This document shows, piece after piece, positions 10,089 through 19,770 of a DNA stretch of 64,000 bases. The stretch comes from Bacteriovoracaceae bacterium UBA3083. GTDB taxonomy: Bacteria; Bdellovibrionota; Bacteriovoracia; Bacteriovoracales; Bacteriovoracaceae. Position 1 is the first letter of the stretch. The number at the start of each line of letters is the position of its first letter. The stretch lies in contig DFBJ01000012.1 of assembly GCA_002366565.1 (NCBI GenBank), forward strand, positions 494,950 to 558,949, read 5' to 3'. The position numbers and the translations under genes are program-made. The notes under the pieces are model-generated. The model was not told where the DNA came from. It made no database searches and worked only from the letters and a program-made list of their open reading frames with translations.

Positions 10089-11106
10089 TCTTTTGATCTT
10101 GTTTACTAGTATTTAATATCATTTCATCATAAGGGATAAAAACTTCAAGTCCTTTATCTAAAAAGTACTTACGTGTCTCTTCCTTAGGTCTATCACTTGT
10201 CACAAGAACGAAATCTCCCCCCCAAGCTCCAAGAGATTTAACTTCTCCCCAGTAATTAGAGAAAAGTTCATCTTTCACAGGTTTAAGATCGAGAGTTTTT
10301 GAAATAATCTTTTCATGAGCCCCAATTAAGAATTCAAACTCTTTTAAACTCTTTGATTTAGAGATCTCATTTGTAATATCAGAGATACTTAGAATTATAC
10401 CTGGGTCAATTGGTCTTAAGCTATTGTAATACTCAATCGCCTTTCTAGAGTCCTGTTTTTGACCTCTATAAACAAAGTAAAGATTTTCACTATACTTTGG
10501 TTCAAACACAGTAGGAGACCACTTAGGTCCATTTGTATTTCGAGAGTAGAAAATAGGACCATCAGATTGAGCGCAAGCAACATCGTAACCAGATCCACCA
10601 TAAGTCTCAAACTGAAGTTCAAATGGGCTCACATACGCCCATTGTGCCATATTATGAACAAGAGTAGAGCTAGAACCTAGCCCCCACTCCAGTGGAAACC
10701 CTAAGTGAGTTTCAACGTGCACATCAATATCATCTCTTAAGAAGTGAGGGTTTTGCTTTCTTGCTTGTCTTAATATCTTTTGAAGAACGAGCTCTTTAGG
10801 AGTTGGATTAACACTAGTTATTTCAAATCTCCAAAACTCAAATACAGTCTCAAACCATAAATTCCCTGCTACATCAAAACTCTTCCAATATAGTTTTGGA
10901 GAAAAAGATGGAGAATATTTAACATTAAGTGATTGTCCGACCGTTGTAGGAAGCGCTAATGACTGAGCACCATCTAAAACGAAATACTCTCCAGTTAAGA
11001 GAAGCTTTCCATGACCGTAGAATGTGTGGTCATTTGTCTTATCATTAATATTTCTATTAGATTTTATTTCCCTGATTAATTCAGGTTCTTTATTTTCTAA
11101 AATCAC
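10072..11106 (-). CDS. GHMP-family kinase, candidate phosphomevalonate kinase
   Basis: 344 aa. It has HGKLLLTGEYFVLDGAQSLALP and a GLGSSSTLV GHMP loop. It overlaps mvaD by 17 nt, and its start overlaps the HMGR stop. Confidence 0.55.
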   Translation of the reverse strand: MILENKEPELIREIKSNRNINDKTNDHTFYGHGKLLLTGEYFVLDGAQSLALPTTVGQSLNVKYSPSFSPKLYWKSFDVAGNLWFETVFEFWRFEITSVNPTPKELVLQKILRQARKQNPHFLRDDIDVHVETHLGFPLEWGLGSSSTLVHNMAQWAYVSPFELQFETYGGSGYDVACAQSDGPIFYSRNTNGPKWSPTVFEPKYSENLYFVYRGQKQDSRKAIEYYNSLRPIDPGIILSISDITNEISKSKSLKEFEFLIGAHEKIISKTLDLKPVKDELFSNYWGEVKSLGAWGGDFVLVTSDRPKEETRKYFLDKGLEVFIPYDEMILNTSKQDQKNEFLH

Positions 11107-12425
11107 TGATAGTTCCTTAGACCTGCGATAAAGTCTCTAACACTATTAAAAGAGATCACTTGAGTTTCAAATTCGATTCTTGCTTTTTCTCTCTCTTCAT
11201 CATTTGCTTCTAAATGATTAAGAATATTCATAAGGTGCATTTTCATATGCCCCTTTTGGATCCCTGTCGTTACAAGTGATCTTACCGCTCCAAAGTTTTG
11301 AGCAAGCCCGATCGCTGCAGTGATCATCATTAACTCCTTAGCATTTGGAGCACCAAGCATATCTAATGAAATTTTAGACATTGGGTGAAGAGAAGTCAGT
11401 CCACCTACTGTACCAAGGGCAAGAGGGATCTCAATTTCAAATTTAAATTTGTCACCTTCTATAGAACAACTACTTAAGCTTGAGTACTGACCATTTCTTG
11501 CAGCATAGGCATGTCCACAGGCCTCAATAGCTCTAAAGTCATTACCTGTCGCCAAAACAACAGCATCAATACCATTGAAGATACCTTTATTATGAGTAAC
11601 AGCTCTATTAACATCTTTCTGAGCTATTCTTACAGCTCTTGAAAACTTATGTGCAAACTCTTGCGCACTCATTCCAAGACCACTTTCTTCAAGGTCTTTT
11701 ATATCACACTCAACCCATGCTTTTACTAAGCACTTAGGCGTGTAATTAGATAGAATACACATAACAATTTGAACATCTCTATGTGCTTCTTCAAATTTAT
11801 CATTAAGAAGAATTTGTTCTTCCCATTTTTTTCCTAGGGCCTCTAATACACTATTAATAAAGTTAGCACCCATTGCATCACAAGTTTCAAACTCACCGTG
11901 TAGCTGGTAATAACCTTCTTCCATATCAGAGCAATCTTTTAGCTCTAAAGAAAGTAGCCCTCCGCCTCTCTTATTCATATTTACGACAAGAGGCTCAATA
12001 CTTTGGATTAGCTCTTCCTTAGATTCTTCAAATAAATTAAAGAGGTCTTCAGACCTTCCATTCCAAATAAAGTGAACCTGTCCTACTTTAGTCGTAGAGA
12101 TAACTTCAGCCTTAAAACCACCACGCTCTAACCAAAACTTTGCAGCTTTAGCACTAGCAGCAACTACAGAAGACTCTTCTATAACCATTGGTATGCAGTG
12201 TATTTTATTATTTAATAGAAAATTAGGAACTACTCCGTATGGAGCATAAAAATTTGTAATTGTATTTTCTGAAAAGTCGTCAAAAACTTTCTGCTCAACT
12301 TCACTGTCGTGCCAAAAACTCTTAATCTTATCTTTAGAAAACCTGCTACCATTTAAAAAGTTATCAACTAGATAGTTGATTTTTTCTAACTTAGTAAGTT
12401 TTGAAAAACCGCTGATTATATTCAA
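11103..12425 (-). CDS. mvaA: hydroxymethylglutaryl-CoA reductase (class II, degradative/bacterial type)
   Basis: 440 aa. Length is typical of class II HMGR, with the DAMGANFIN motif and a C-terminal GT…GL…G region. Confidence 0.85.
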   Translation of the reverse strand: MNIISGFSKLTKLEKINYLVDNFLNGSRFSKDKIKSFWHDSEVEQKVFDDFSENTITNFYAPYGVVPNFLLNNKIHCIPMVIEESSVVAASAKAAKFWLERGGFKAEVISTTKVGQVHFIWNGRSEDLFNLFEESKEELIQSIEPLVVNMNKRGGGLLSLELKDCSDMEEGYYQLHGEFETCDAMGANFINSVLEALGKKWEEQILLNDKFEEAHRDVQIVMCILSNYTPKCLVKAWVECDIKDLEESGLGMSAQEFAHKFSRAVRIAQKDVNRAVTHNKGIFNGIDAVVLATGNDFRAIEACGHAYAARNGQYSSLSSCSIEGDKFKFEIEIPLALGTVGGLTSLHPMSKISLDMLGAPNAKELMMITAAIGLAQNFGAVRSLVTTGIQKGHMKMHLMNILNHLEANDEEREKARIEFETQVISFNSVRDFIAGLRNYQ

Positions 12426-12437
12426 GTCTTAGACCCC

Positions 12438-13454
12438 TTATCTCAGTTTTAAAAATGCCTTTGCCATTTTTAACGTTTCAATTTGACCAGATACAAATGC
12501 TCTAAGTTCTTCAAGATCAGTTGCATGATCTAGATAGCCCTTAGCTCTTCCAACAACATTATTCAGAGCACACTTTTCACTTAGCCAATGGCCATAAAGC
12601 GTGTCTGAAATTCCACCTGAAATAATAATATCTCTGCAAAGGCAGTTGTCGCCTAATTCACTCTGTAATAGGTTTATCTGATCTACCATTTCTAGTGCAG
12701 TATGTCCAACAAACATTAGATCATGTAACTTTGAGCTATATTTAGAATTCTCTCGTAATTTCTCTAACTTAGAGAAGTTAGTCCCACCAAAAGATGCTAG
12801 CTCTAGGCCTTTTAATGGTAGTTCTAAGAGCTTTTTAATAGATCTTGGACCCATGCCCTGACCTACTTCTTTCACGACAACAGGAATCTGCGCTACAACT
12901 ACCGTTTCAATAGTTTCTAGAGCTGGTTTTTTATAAGTATCACCTTCAGGTTGAAACCATTCCTGGAGTGGGTTCACATGTATAATTAATCCGTCAGCAT
13001 CGAGTTTAGTAATTAGTTCTCTAACTCTATTCAACTCATTTGCTTCAATTAGCTCCTCTAGTTGAGCGATACCTAAGTTGGCCCAAAATGGTAAATCTTT
13101 ACCCAGAATTGGTCTTAGATTAAAGTCCTCAAAGTCACGATCACTTTCTAACAGTGGGCGACATGATCCTAGCGCCATACCAAGTCCAAATTCTGCTGCA
13201 ACCTTGGCAAGATTTTGATTAATGATACGAGCTTCACCTGTACCACCTGTCATACTAGAGATCCACAGAGGAGCTGATACGCGTTTTCCGAGAAATTCCT
13301 TAGATAAGTCTATACTCTCAGGGTGAGCTGAAAATATAGGCTCATAATCAAAGAGTTGATTTAAGTTATCTTTTTCGATCTGAGCATCATTGGCCAATTG
13401 AATATGTGCATATTTTCTATCTGATAAATTTCCCATAGAAGCTAGGTAGCACAA
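12438..13454 (-). CDS. fni: isopentenyl-diphosphate delta-isomerase, type 2 (FMN-dependent)
   Basis: 338 aa. It has the IDI-2 signature …SAPLWISSMTGGTG… and a TIM-barrel FMN-binding region (GLELASFGGTNF, IISGGI). Confidence 0.85.
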   Translation of the reverse strand: MCYLASMGNLSDRKYAHIQLANDAQIEKDNLNQLFDYEPIFSAHPESIDLSKEFLGKRVSAPLWISSMTGGTGEARIINQNLAKVAAEFGLGMALGSCRPLLESDRDFEDFNLRPILGKDLPFWANLGIAQLEELIEANELNRVRELITKLDADGLIIHVNPLQEWFQPEGDTYKKPALETIETVVVAQIPVVVKEVGQGMGPRSIKKLLELPLKGLELASFGGTNFSKLEKLRENSKYSSKLHDLMFVGHTALEMVDQINLLQSELGDNCLCRDIIISGGISDTLYGHWLSEKCALNNVVGRAKGYLDHATDLEELRAFVSGQIETLKMAKAFLKLR

Positions 13455-13495
13455 AGCAGATAGCTAGTCTATAAAGGGAGTCGAGATTTGCTCAG

Positions 13496-14188
13496 TTAAG
13501 CACCTAGAATTAGAATAAATTCACGCTTAAAGTCTTTAACTTTCTTGAGAATATTCTCTAATTTTCCAAAGTGTAGCTCTTCGCTTGGACAGTTAAGGTC
13601 CATCGCTAAGAAAGCAGTTCTACCAGTTTTTAAAGAAATAACTTCCTCAAGTAACTTCTTCATTCTGTAGGGAGTGTCCATAAGAATGATTGTTTCTCTT
13701 CGATTAAGTAAACTTTTGAGCTCATCTGTTCTTTCTGGAGACTTTATTGGAAGAAAACCACCAAAAGTAAACTTGGAGTGATCAATTCCACTAAGGGCCA
13801 AGGCCAACGAAATAGAGTTTGAAAATGGGGTTGCAGTAACTTTAATTGAGTTTTTATGACACGCCCTTACGAGCTCTACTCCAGGGTCACAAAAAGCGGG
13901 AAGACCACCGTCACTCATGATGAAAGCATTCTTACCAGATTTAAGCGCCTCCATAATAGAAGGAAGATTTTTAGAACGAGAGTGCTCATTGAAGAGTACA
14001 AAGTCTTCTACTAAATCTCTAGTTAGTCCAAACTTTAGCCATCTCTTTCTTCCAGGCTTAAGGTCTTCAATAATAAATATATTTTGAGAAGGGTTTTCAG
14101 TAGCCTTTTTAAGCAAATCAAAAGCAACTTGTTCAAGAGGACTTTCCTCATCTATTGGTGTAGGTATTAAAGTTAATACGCCCTTCAC
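13496..14188 (-). CDS. SAM-dependent methyltransferase of tetrapyrrole-methylase fold (RsmI-like rRNA 2'-O-methyltransferase candidate)
   Basis: 230 aa. The N-terminal LTLIPTPIDEES…FIIED pattern resembles RsmI (LYxVxTPIGN…EDTR). Confidence 0.5.
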   Translation of the reverse strand: MKGVLTLIPTPIDEESPLEQVAFDLLKKATENPSQNIFIIEDLKPGRKRWLKFGLTRDLVEDFVLFNEHSRSKNLPSIMEALKSGKNAFIMSDGGLPAFCDPGVELVRACHKNSIKVTATPFSNSISLALALSGIDHSKFTFGGFLPIKSPERTDELKSLLNRRETIILMDTPYRMKKLLEEVISLKTGRTAFLAMDLNCPSEELHFGKLENILKKVKDFKREFILILGA

Positions 14189-14272
14189 TATTTTCTCCTA
14201 AGAATAATACTAATTTGTACTTACATAATTTCTAAGCTAGATTTGTAAGATTGATCCAACTATAATATCACA

Positions 14273-15400
14273 ATGTCAGAAGATAAAAATATGAATTTTA
14301 GCCTAACAATTCTCCCAGGAATAGAAGATATAGCCCAGAGAGAATTTGAAAAAAAATGGAAACAATTAAATACCTCAGAGCTTCCTACCATCCAACAAAA
14401 GAAGGGTAAGCTATTAGTCAAAGCAGAAGTATCAGACTTTTGTACACTCATTCCCTATTTGAGAATTCCCACTGATGCATACGTTATTCTAGAAGAATTT
14501 ACAGGAAAAGATCGTCCTAAGATTTATAATAAGATTTCAAAGATCCCTTGGCACAACTACTTGCGTGGAGACTTCCCACTAGTCCTTGTTACAACTAAAG
14601 AATCTAAGATTATAAATTCAACATTAGTAAAAGAATCTGTTGAAAGTGGAATAAAGCTAGCTTTAAAAAAGGCCCCTATAAAGAAAGTACCAAAGGGTAA
14701 AGAGTCGATAAGTAATAAGATCCACATAGACCTATATCAAGATAGACTTAGAGTCTCACTTAGTCTTTGTGGTACAAGAATGGATAAGCGTGGAATAAAG
14801 CTCTATACGGACGTTGCACCTCTCAGAGAGAGTATTGCAGCCGCTATGATATTTAGGTTAAGTGAGCTATGCACTGATCAGAGCTTAATTGACCCAATGT
14901 CTGGAACAGGGACATTTAGCCTTGAAGCTATACTTTTCAACCAGTACAACTCTTACAGAGATTTTGATTACCAATTGGCTCCATTCTTTATTAGTTTACC
15001 TCTGAGAAAAAGACAAAAGATAGAACAAAACCTATTTAAAACCGTATCCACTTATGATATTTCCCCTAAGTCGGTTGAGTCAATCAAGCATAACTTTAAG
15101 CCATTTCAAGGTAGTTTTGAGGAAATAAAAGTACAAGATTTTTTTAAGTTAGATCAGATAAGCGAAACAGTTGCAGCTATAAATCCACCGTATGGAAAAA
15201 GAATTAAGTTAGAGCAAGATCTAGATATATTTGTTGATAAACTTATTACTCATGCAAAAGAAAATATAAAACTAAAAAAACTAGCACTTATCTTCCCAAC
15301 ATGGGCCTTTCACAAACTTAAGAACCTAAAGTTAGAAGAAAAGAGATTCATTACAAATGGTGGAATTGACGTCGCATTTATTATCATAGATTTATCATAA
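14273..15400 (+). CDS. class I SAM-dependent RNA methyltransferase with THUMP-like N-terminus (RlmL/UPF0020 family)
   Basis: 375 aa. It has an NPPYG catalytic motif (…AINPPYGKRI…) and a DPMSGTGTF SAM-binding motif. Confidence 0.6.
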   Translation: MSEDKNMNFSLTILPGIEDIAQREFEKKWKQLNTSELPTIQQKKGKLLVKAEVSDFCTLIPYLRIPTDAYVILEEFTGKDRPKIYNKISKIPWHNYLRGDFPLVLVTTKESKIINSTLVKESVESGIKLALKKAPIKKVPKGKESISNKIHIDLYQDRLRVSLSLCGTRMDKRGIKLYTDVAPLRESIAAAMIFRLSELCTDQSLIDPMSGTGTFSLEAILFNQYNSYRDFDYQLAPFFISLPLRKRQKIEQNLFKTVSTYDISPKSVESIKHNFKPFQGSFEEIKVQDFFKLDQISETVAAINPPYGKRIKLEQDLDIFVDKLITHAKENIKLKKLALIFPTWAFHKLKNLKLEEKRFITNGGIDVAFIIIDLS

Positions 15401-18340
15401 AGGTACGGGCGAGTGCCCTACCTTTAAAAGATCAATTAAGTTCTGATGTCTCATTTTCTTATTCTTTCTCTTTATATCTTCATTTTTATTCTTCAGTTTC
15501 TTCTCTTCTTTTAATTTATTCTTAACTATAATTTTCTCACCTTCTAAAGTTAAGATAACTATTTCATCTTCTCCTTCTACAAAAAGAGATTCAAGAACCT
15601 CTTCTTGATTTGCTATATCTTCAGAAGAAAGATTGAAATCAACTTTAACAAGTCTAGTATCTAAGTCCTTAATGTCCCCTTGAAACGTTACTATCTCTAG
15701 TTTTTTAGATAGATTGTTACCTAAAGCACTATCTAGTGAAACTATACTACTTTTATCAAAGTTACTATTTCCACCGGTTTCACTTCTTGATTCTGACACA
15801 CCCTTAGCTGTTTCATTGCCAGCTATAGAGGTAGGACTTGAAGATGTACTAGGTGCAAAGTTACTTGAACTTGACGCTGTAGAGACACCACTTCCACTAG
15901 AGTGCCCTGAACTTCTACTTACTGAACTAGGAGATCGAGAACTCTTTGATGATACATAATTAGCTAGCGGAGAGCTTGAAGTCTTGGCTTGAGCTACAGC
16001 ACTATCAGTCACATTTTCCTTTGTTTTAGATACTTTTAAATCATTAAGCTCTTTTGTTATTTTTAGTTTTTCTGATCTTATTTTCTCGATATTTATTTTC
16101 TCTTTTAACTCAGCAATTTTATTGTCTATAGAACTTGATTCTTCAGGAGTACTAGCCTCCTCATTCTGACTCATTAGTTCTTCTAATTCTCTAATCTTAT
16201 TTTCAAGTTCATTACTTTCTGATTGCTTCACAGTCTTCTTTGTTTCAACAGCCTTCTTCACCTGAGAAGGAATATCTTTCTTTCCAACAACCATATTATT
16301 AGTGAATCTATTTGAGACTGATACATTACTTGGAGCACTATAGTCATTTGAAGGTGCGACCTCAGCTGTAACCTGAACAGGATCTTTATTAGAAATTACA
16401 CTCTCGGTATTACTTAGTGCAGGAGTAGCAGTAGGCTCGATATGTGACTCATTAATTGAAGTCGCTATAGATAAGACTTCATTCGAAAATCTTTCGGCTC
16501 TAGACTTCTTTGATGTCCCTCTTTCTTCTTTTCGTTGCTCATTTTCAAGTACTAAATCATAACCACTTTTCAAACCAAGCTCATCATCAATCTGCTTTTG
16601 AGTCTTTGCAACGATTGCTAAAGCACTTGAAGAACCAACTGCCTTTTCAAGTTTAGCAATAACCCCTTTCTGAGAGATCTCTAATTGTCTAACCAGCTCG
16701 GCTGAGCCTCTATATTTTTGATCTGCGGTGGTAAACTTTTCTTTAACTGCCCCACTTTCTGACTTTATATGTTTTAGTTCTTGTTCATCTCTAGCAATAA
16801 CATTTTTAATATCATCGTAAGTAAGGTTTATTTCACTTCCATATTTACGTGAGTGCTCTATCATCACGGCAAGATTTGGAGCATATGTAAGGGATAGCTC
16901 GTAAAGCTCATCATCACCAATATCAATACTCTCTGCCCCCTCACCTTCTACAGCATATTTTCCAGCTACAATGTCTTTCAAAAGCTTAATCTTTTCTTTT
17001 TTGTCTTCTTCTAATTTAATGTGTTCCTTAAAGTCATTATTACTCTTAATGAATAGATTATAGTCTCTCTCTTTATCTTTCTTTGCCATTTCTAATTTTG
17101 TAGAAATAACGAGTACATCTCTTTTTAAATCTTTAACAACATTATTCTCAGCTGTTTTGCCGCTATCAAGCTCTCTATTTTTACAATAAAGAATATCCAT
17201 ATTGAAAATAAATTCCTGTCCTCTTCGTCTCTCTTCGATACTCTCACTATTTCCCAATTTAGTAGCAATATCTTTTTCTATAATTTTAAATGTTGCTTTC
17301 TCATCATCAGAAACAGGATTAAAGGCAGCGGCTTTAATACTTCTAACACTTTTTTCAACATCAGACTTTCGTATCAATTTATCTATAGCAGACCTAACTC
17401 TCCCACAAGCAGAAACAACTGCAGAATCAACCATCATAGTATCGTAACCATCAGAACCATAGAACTTTTGCTTTTGATAGATATTCGCTACTCCACCAAT
17501 TTGAACTTTTGGACTACTACTAGCGAATGGTAGTTTTTTTTCCGTATAGTTTGATTGCATACTCTGTGTAATCAAATGAGAAAGATTTTCATCTTTTTTC
17601 AATAATCTAATAACTGGTGTTTCTTCAATGCGGTCCCAATCGATATTGGAAATATCATATGTATCTTTTTGTAATAAATTTACTTTCATTGACGGCTTGT
17701 ACCCTACTTTTGATGCTAAATCTTTAACATATGAAGCATCAGAGAGAACACTTTCTAGACTCATCTTATTAGTATTATTCTTGATGTCAGAATAAATCTT
17801 GTCATAAATACTTAGTGCTAACTTATCTTTAGTCGTTAACAATTCACCTCTTCTTTGCTTTCTTTGAAACGAACCAAAAAGGCTATCATTTGGATTGTCT
17901 GTAATTAAACACTTTGGAACGATATTTTCAGACGAAAGAATATCCACTAAATCTTTATACTCGTCTAAATCTTCAATAGATCCTGCGATTGATTCCAAAA
18001 CTTTTCTTTCAGACACTTTATCAATCATAAGATCAATCTTTACAGACTCTTTCTCTGAAATAGAAAGTCCCTTATTAGAAATTGCGCTTACACATTTACA
18101 AAACTTCTCAGGGTCCGTAAGTTTGTTACAGTTCATTTGATTCATGAATTCAGCAATTCTCTCTAATCCAACATCTGCAGTTGGTCTAGTTTGACAGTTA
18201 ATTGCAGCTTGAGAAAATACTTCACTATTTAAAGAAAAGTCATAAGAAACTGTGCTCATGCCTGGCAGTGCAAAAATATTTAAATTTACAAATAAAAACA
18301 AGAATAATTTAGCAGCACATTTATTCACGATTTCTCCCAA
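15395..18340 (-). CDS. large secreted protein with coiled-coil segments and Ser-rich low-complexity linker
   Basis: 981-aa ORF with a hydrophobic N-terminal segment (LFLFLFVNLNIFALPG). Long K/E-rich heptad-like stretches are followed by an S/T-rich tract (…SSKSSRSPSSVSRSSGHSSGSGVSTASSSS…). Confidence 0.5.
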   Translation of the reverse strand: MGEIVNKCAAKLFLFLFVNLNIFALPGMSTVSYDFSLNSEVFSQAAINCQTRPTADVGLERIAEFMNQMNCNKLTDPEKFCKCVSAISNKGLSISEKESVKIDLMIDKVSERKVLESIAGSIEDLDEYKDLVDILSSENIVPKCLITDNPNDSLFGSFQRKQRRGELLTTKDKLALSIYDKIYSDIKNNTNKMSLESVLSDASYVKDLASKVGYKPSMKVNLLQKDTYDISNIDWDRIEETPVIRLLKKDENLSHLITQSMQSNYTEKKLPFASSSPKVQIGGVANIYQKQKFYGSDGYDTMMVDSAVVSACGRVRSAIDKLIRKSDVEKSVRSIKAAAFNPVSDDEKATFKIIEKDIATKLGNSESIEERRRGQEFIFNMDILYCKNRELDSGKTAENNVVKDLKRDVLVISTKLEMAKKDKERDYNLFIKSNNDFKEHIKLEEDKKEKIKLLKDIVAGKYAVEGEGAESIDIGDDELYELSLTYAPNLAVMIEHSRKYGSEINLTYDDIKNVIARDEQELKHIKSESGAVKEKFTTADQKYRGSAELVRQLEISQKGVIAKLEKAVGSSSALAIVAKTQKQIDDELGLKSGYDLVLENEQRKEERGTSKKSRAERFSNEVLSIATSINESHIEPTATPALSNTESVISNKDPVQVTAEVAPSNDYSAPSNVSVSNRFTNNMVVGKKDIPSQVKKAVETKKTVKQSESNELENKIRELEELMSQNEEASTPEESSSIDNKIAELKEKINIEKIRSEKLKITKELNDLKVSKTKENVTDSAVAQAKTSSSPLANYVSSKSSRSPSSVSRSSGHSSGSGVSTASSSSNFAPSTSSSPTSIAGNETAKGVSESRSETGGNSNFDKSSIVSLDSALGNNLSKKLEIVTFQGDIKDLDTRLVKVDFNLSSEDIANQEEVLESLFVEGEDEIVILTLEGEKIIVKNKLKEEKKLKNKNEDIKRKNKKMRHQNLIDLLKVGHSPVPL

Positions 18341-18558
18341 AACATTACAATACTTATTTCGTCAGTTTCTTTAAATCACTTAACCATTTTAAGAGATAAA
18401 TGCGCTTAAATTGTAGTAAAGAAAAGTTAACGGAGGTAAAGATAAATATTTGCTATTTAAGTGTTAATGGGCTTTCAGGAGCTTATAAGAATAATAAGCT
18501 CCAATCATAAACAAAAGACATCTAATAAAATTTTAATATTTTTATTTTTTTGTGCAAC

Positions 18559-19770
18559 TTATTCTTGGCGATAAACTCGAGTCTTAACACTTACGCCAGA
18601 AACGTGATTAATAAAGGCAATACTATTTATAGAGGCGCGTTCAATACTTTCACCATTTGAATTCTTAAGTTCAGTTACAACCAAACTTTTCTCCTTACCA
18701 TCTGGAGTTTTCAAAATTAGGTTTTCCCCTACTTCAAGTGCTATCTCTTTAGACTTAACCATAACACCTAGATGTTTCTTCTTTTTTACATCTAAAATAT
18801 CACCAATATAATTAACATCATTTCTCTGCGTTCTTTGATTTTTTAATTTCTTAAAGAGCACATCAGATTTATTAACATGGAAGAATCCACGGATGATTGG
18901 ATTTGGATAATCATCTTTTAATGGATGTAATGAAGTTCCTAGTGGTGAACGAAGTGCATTTACGGCCTTAACTAAAAAACTAGAATCCTTAATATGTCTA
19001 AAATCTACTCTTGCAACAGACAACTTCATTTCTTGTAACTCAACACAATGATCAAGAAGAAATTGGTCTTTAGTATTAAACATAAAAGTACCATGCAGGT
19101 TCTCTAGAAGTGGAAATCCCTTATGTGGACTCTCCTCACTAGAGCCTTCAAGCTCATATGAGCTCTCCATTGCGGCCTTTGTCTTATCATCATCGTGATC
19201 AAGAATATAAGGAGAGATTAGATTTCTTGGAGTATAAAAAAGAAGAATTCTTCCTGCGACTAATATTTCAACAGGAATTTCGAGGGCCTCTATATACTCA
19301 GAAAGCTTCTGCTTAGGCAGCTCAATAGAAAGGATCATTCTCTCTAACTTAGGGCCTGCGATCTCTTTCCATTTCTTTAAACCAATTAAGTTATGGTTTC
19401 CAGTCTCTGTTAGTAACTGGATAGGCATATCTGGAAGATTACTCTTTATCCAATAAAGAGCTCCAGGGTCTTGGACTCTAATTGCATCAATACAGTCCCA
19501 ATTTATATTTTTTATTTCTGTTTTTCTTTCTTGGAAAACTTTCTCAGTCATAAGAATGTCCCAATCAAAAACAATTCTTAAACCTAGCTTTTTCACTTCT
19601 TGGCAAAATTCAGAATATCGTTTAGGCGAAATCTTCCCAAATCTCGAAAATAACATATTTCCAAGAATCACTTCATTGACACCAGCTTCTTTAGCTAGAA
19701 TAGCTTCATCTAAATGATCTACATATGTACAAACAATCATTGCATTACCTTCGCTCGAATAATATTCCAC
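18559..19770 (-). CDS. peptidase U32 family protein (YhbV/UbiV-like partner)
   Basis: 403 aa with a U32-like TIM-barrel N-terminus. It is immediately downstream of, and overlaps by 34 nt, a second U32 gene, as in ubiU-ubiV and yhbU-yhbV pairs. Confidence 0.65.
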   Translation of the reverse strand: MEYYSSEGNAMIVCTYVDHLDEAILAKEAGVNEVILGNMLFSRFGKISPKRYSEFCQEVKKLGLRIVFDWDILMTEKVFQERKTEIKNINWDCIDAIRVQDPGALYWIKSNLPDMPIQLLTETGNHNLIGLKKWKEIAGPKLERMILSIELPKQKLSEYIEALEIPVEILVAGRILLFYTPRNLISPYILDHDDDKTKAAMESSYELEGSSEESPHKGFPLLENLHGTFMFNTKDQFLLDHCVELQEMKLSVARVDFRHIKDSSFLVKAVNALRSPLGTSLHPLKDDYPNPIIRGFFHVNKSDVLFKKLKNQRTQRNDVNYIGDILDVKKKKHLGVMVKSKEIALEVGENLILKTPDGKEKSLVVTELKNSNGESIERASINSIAFINHVSGVSVKTRVYRQE

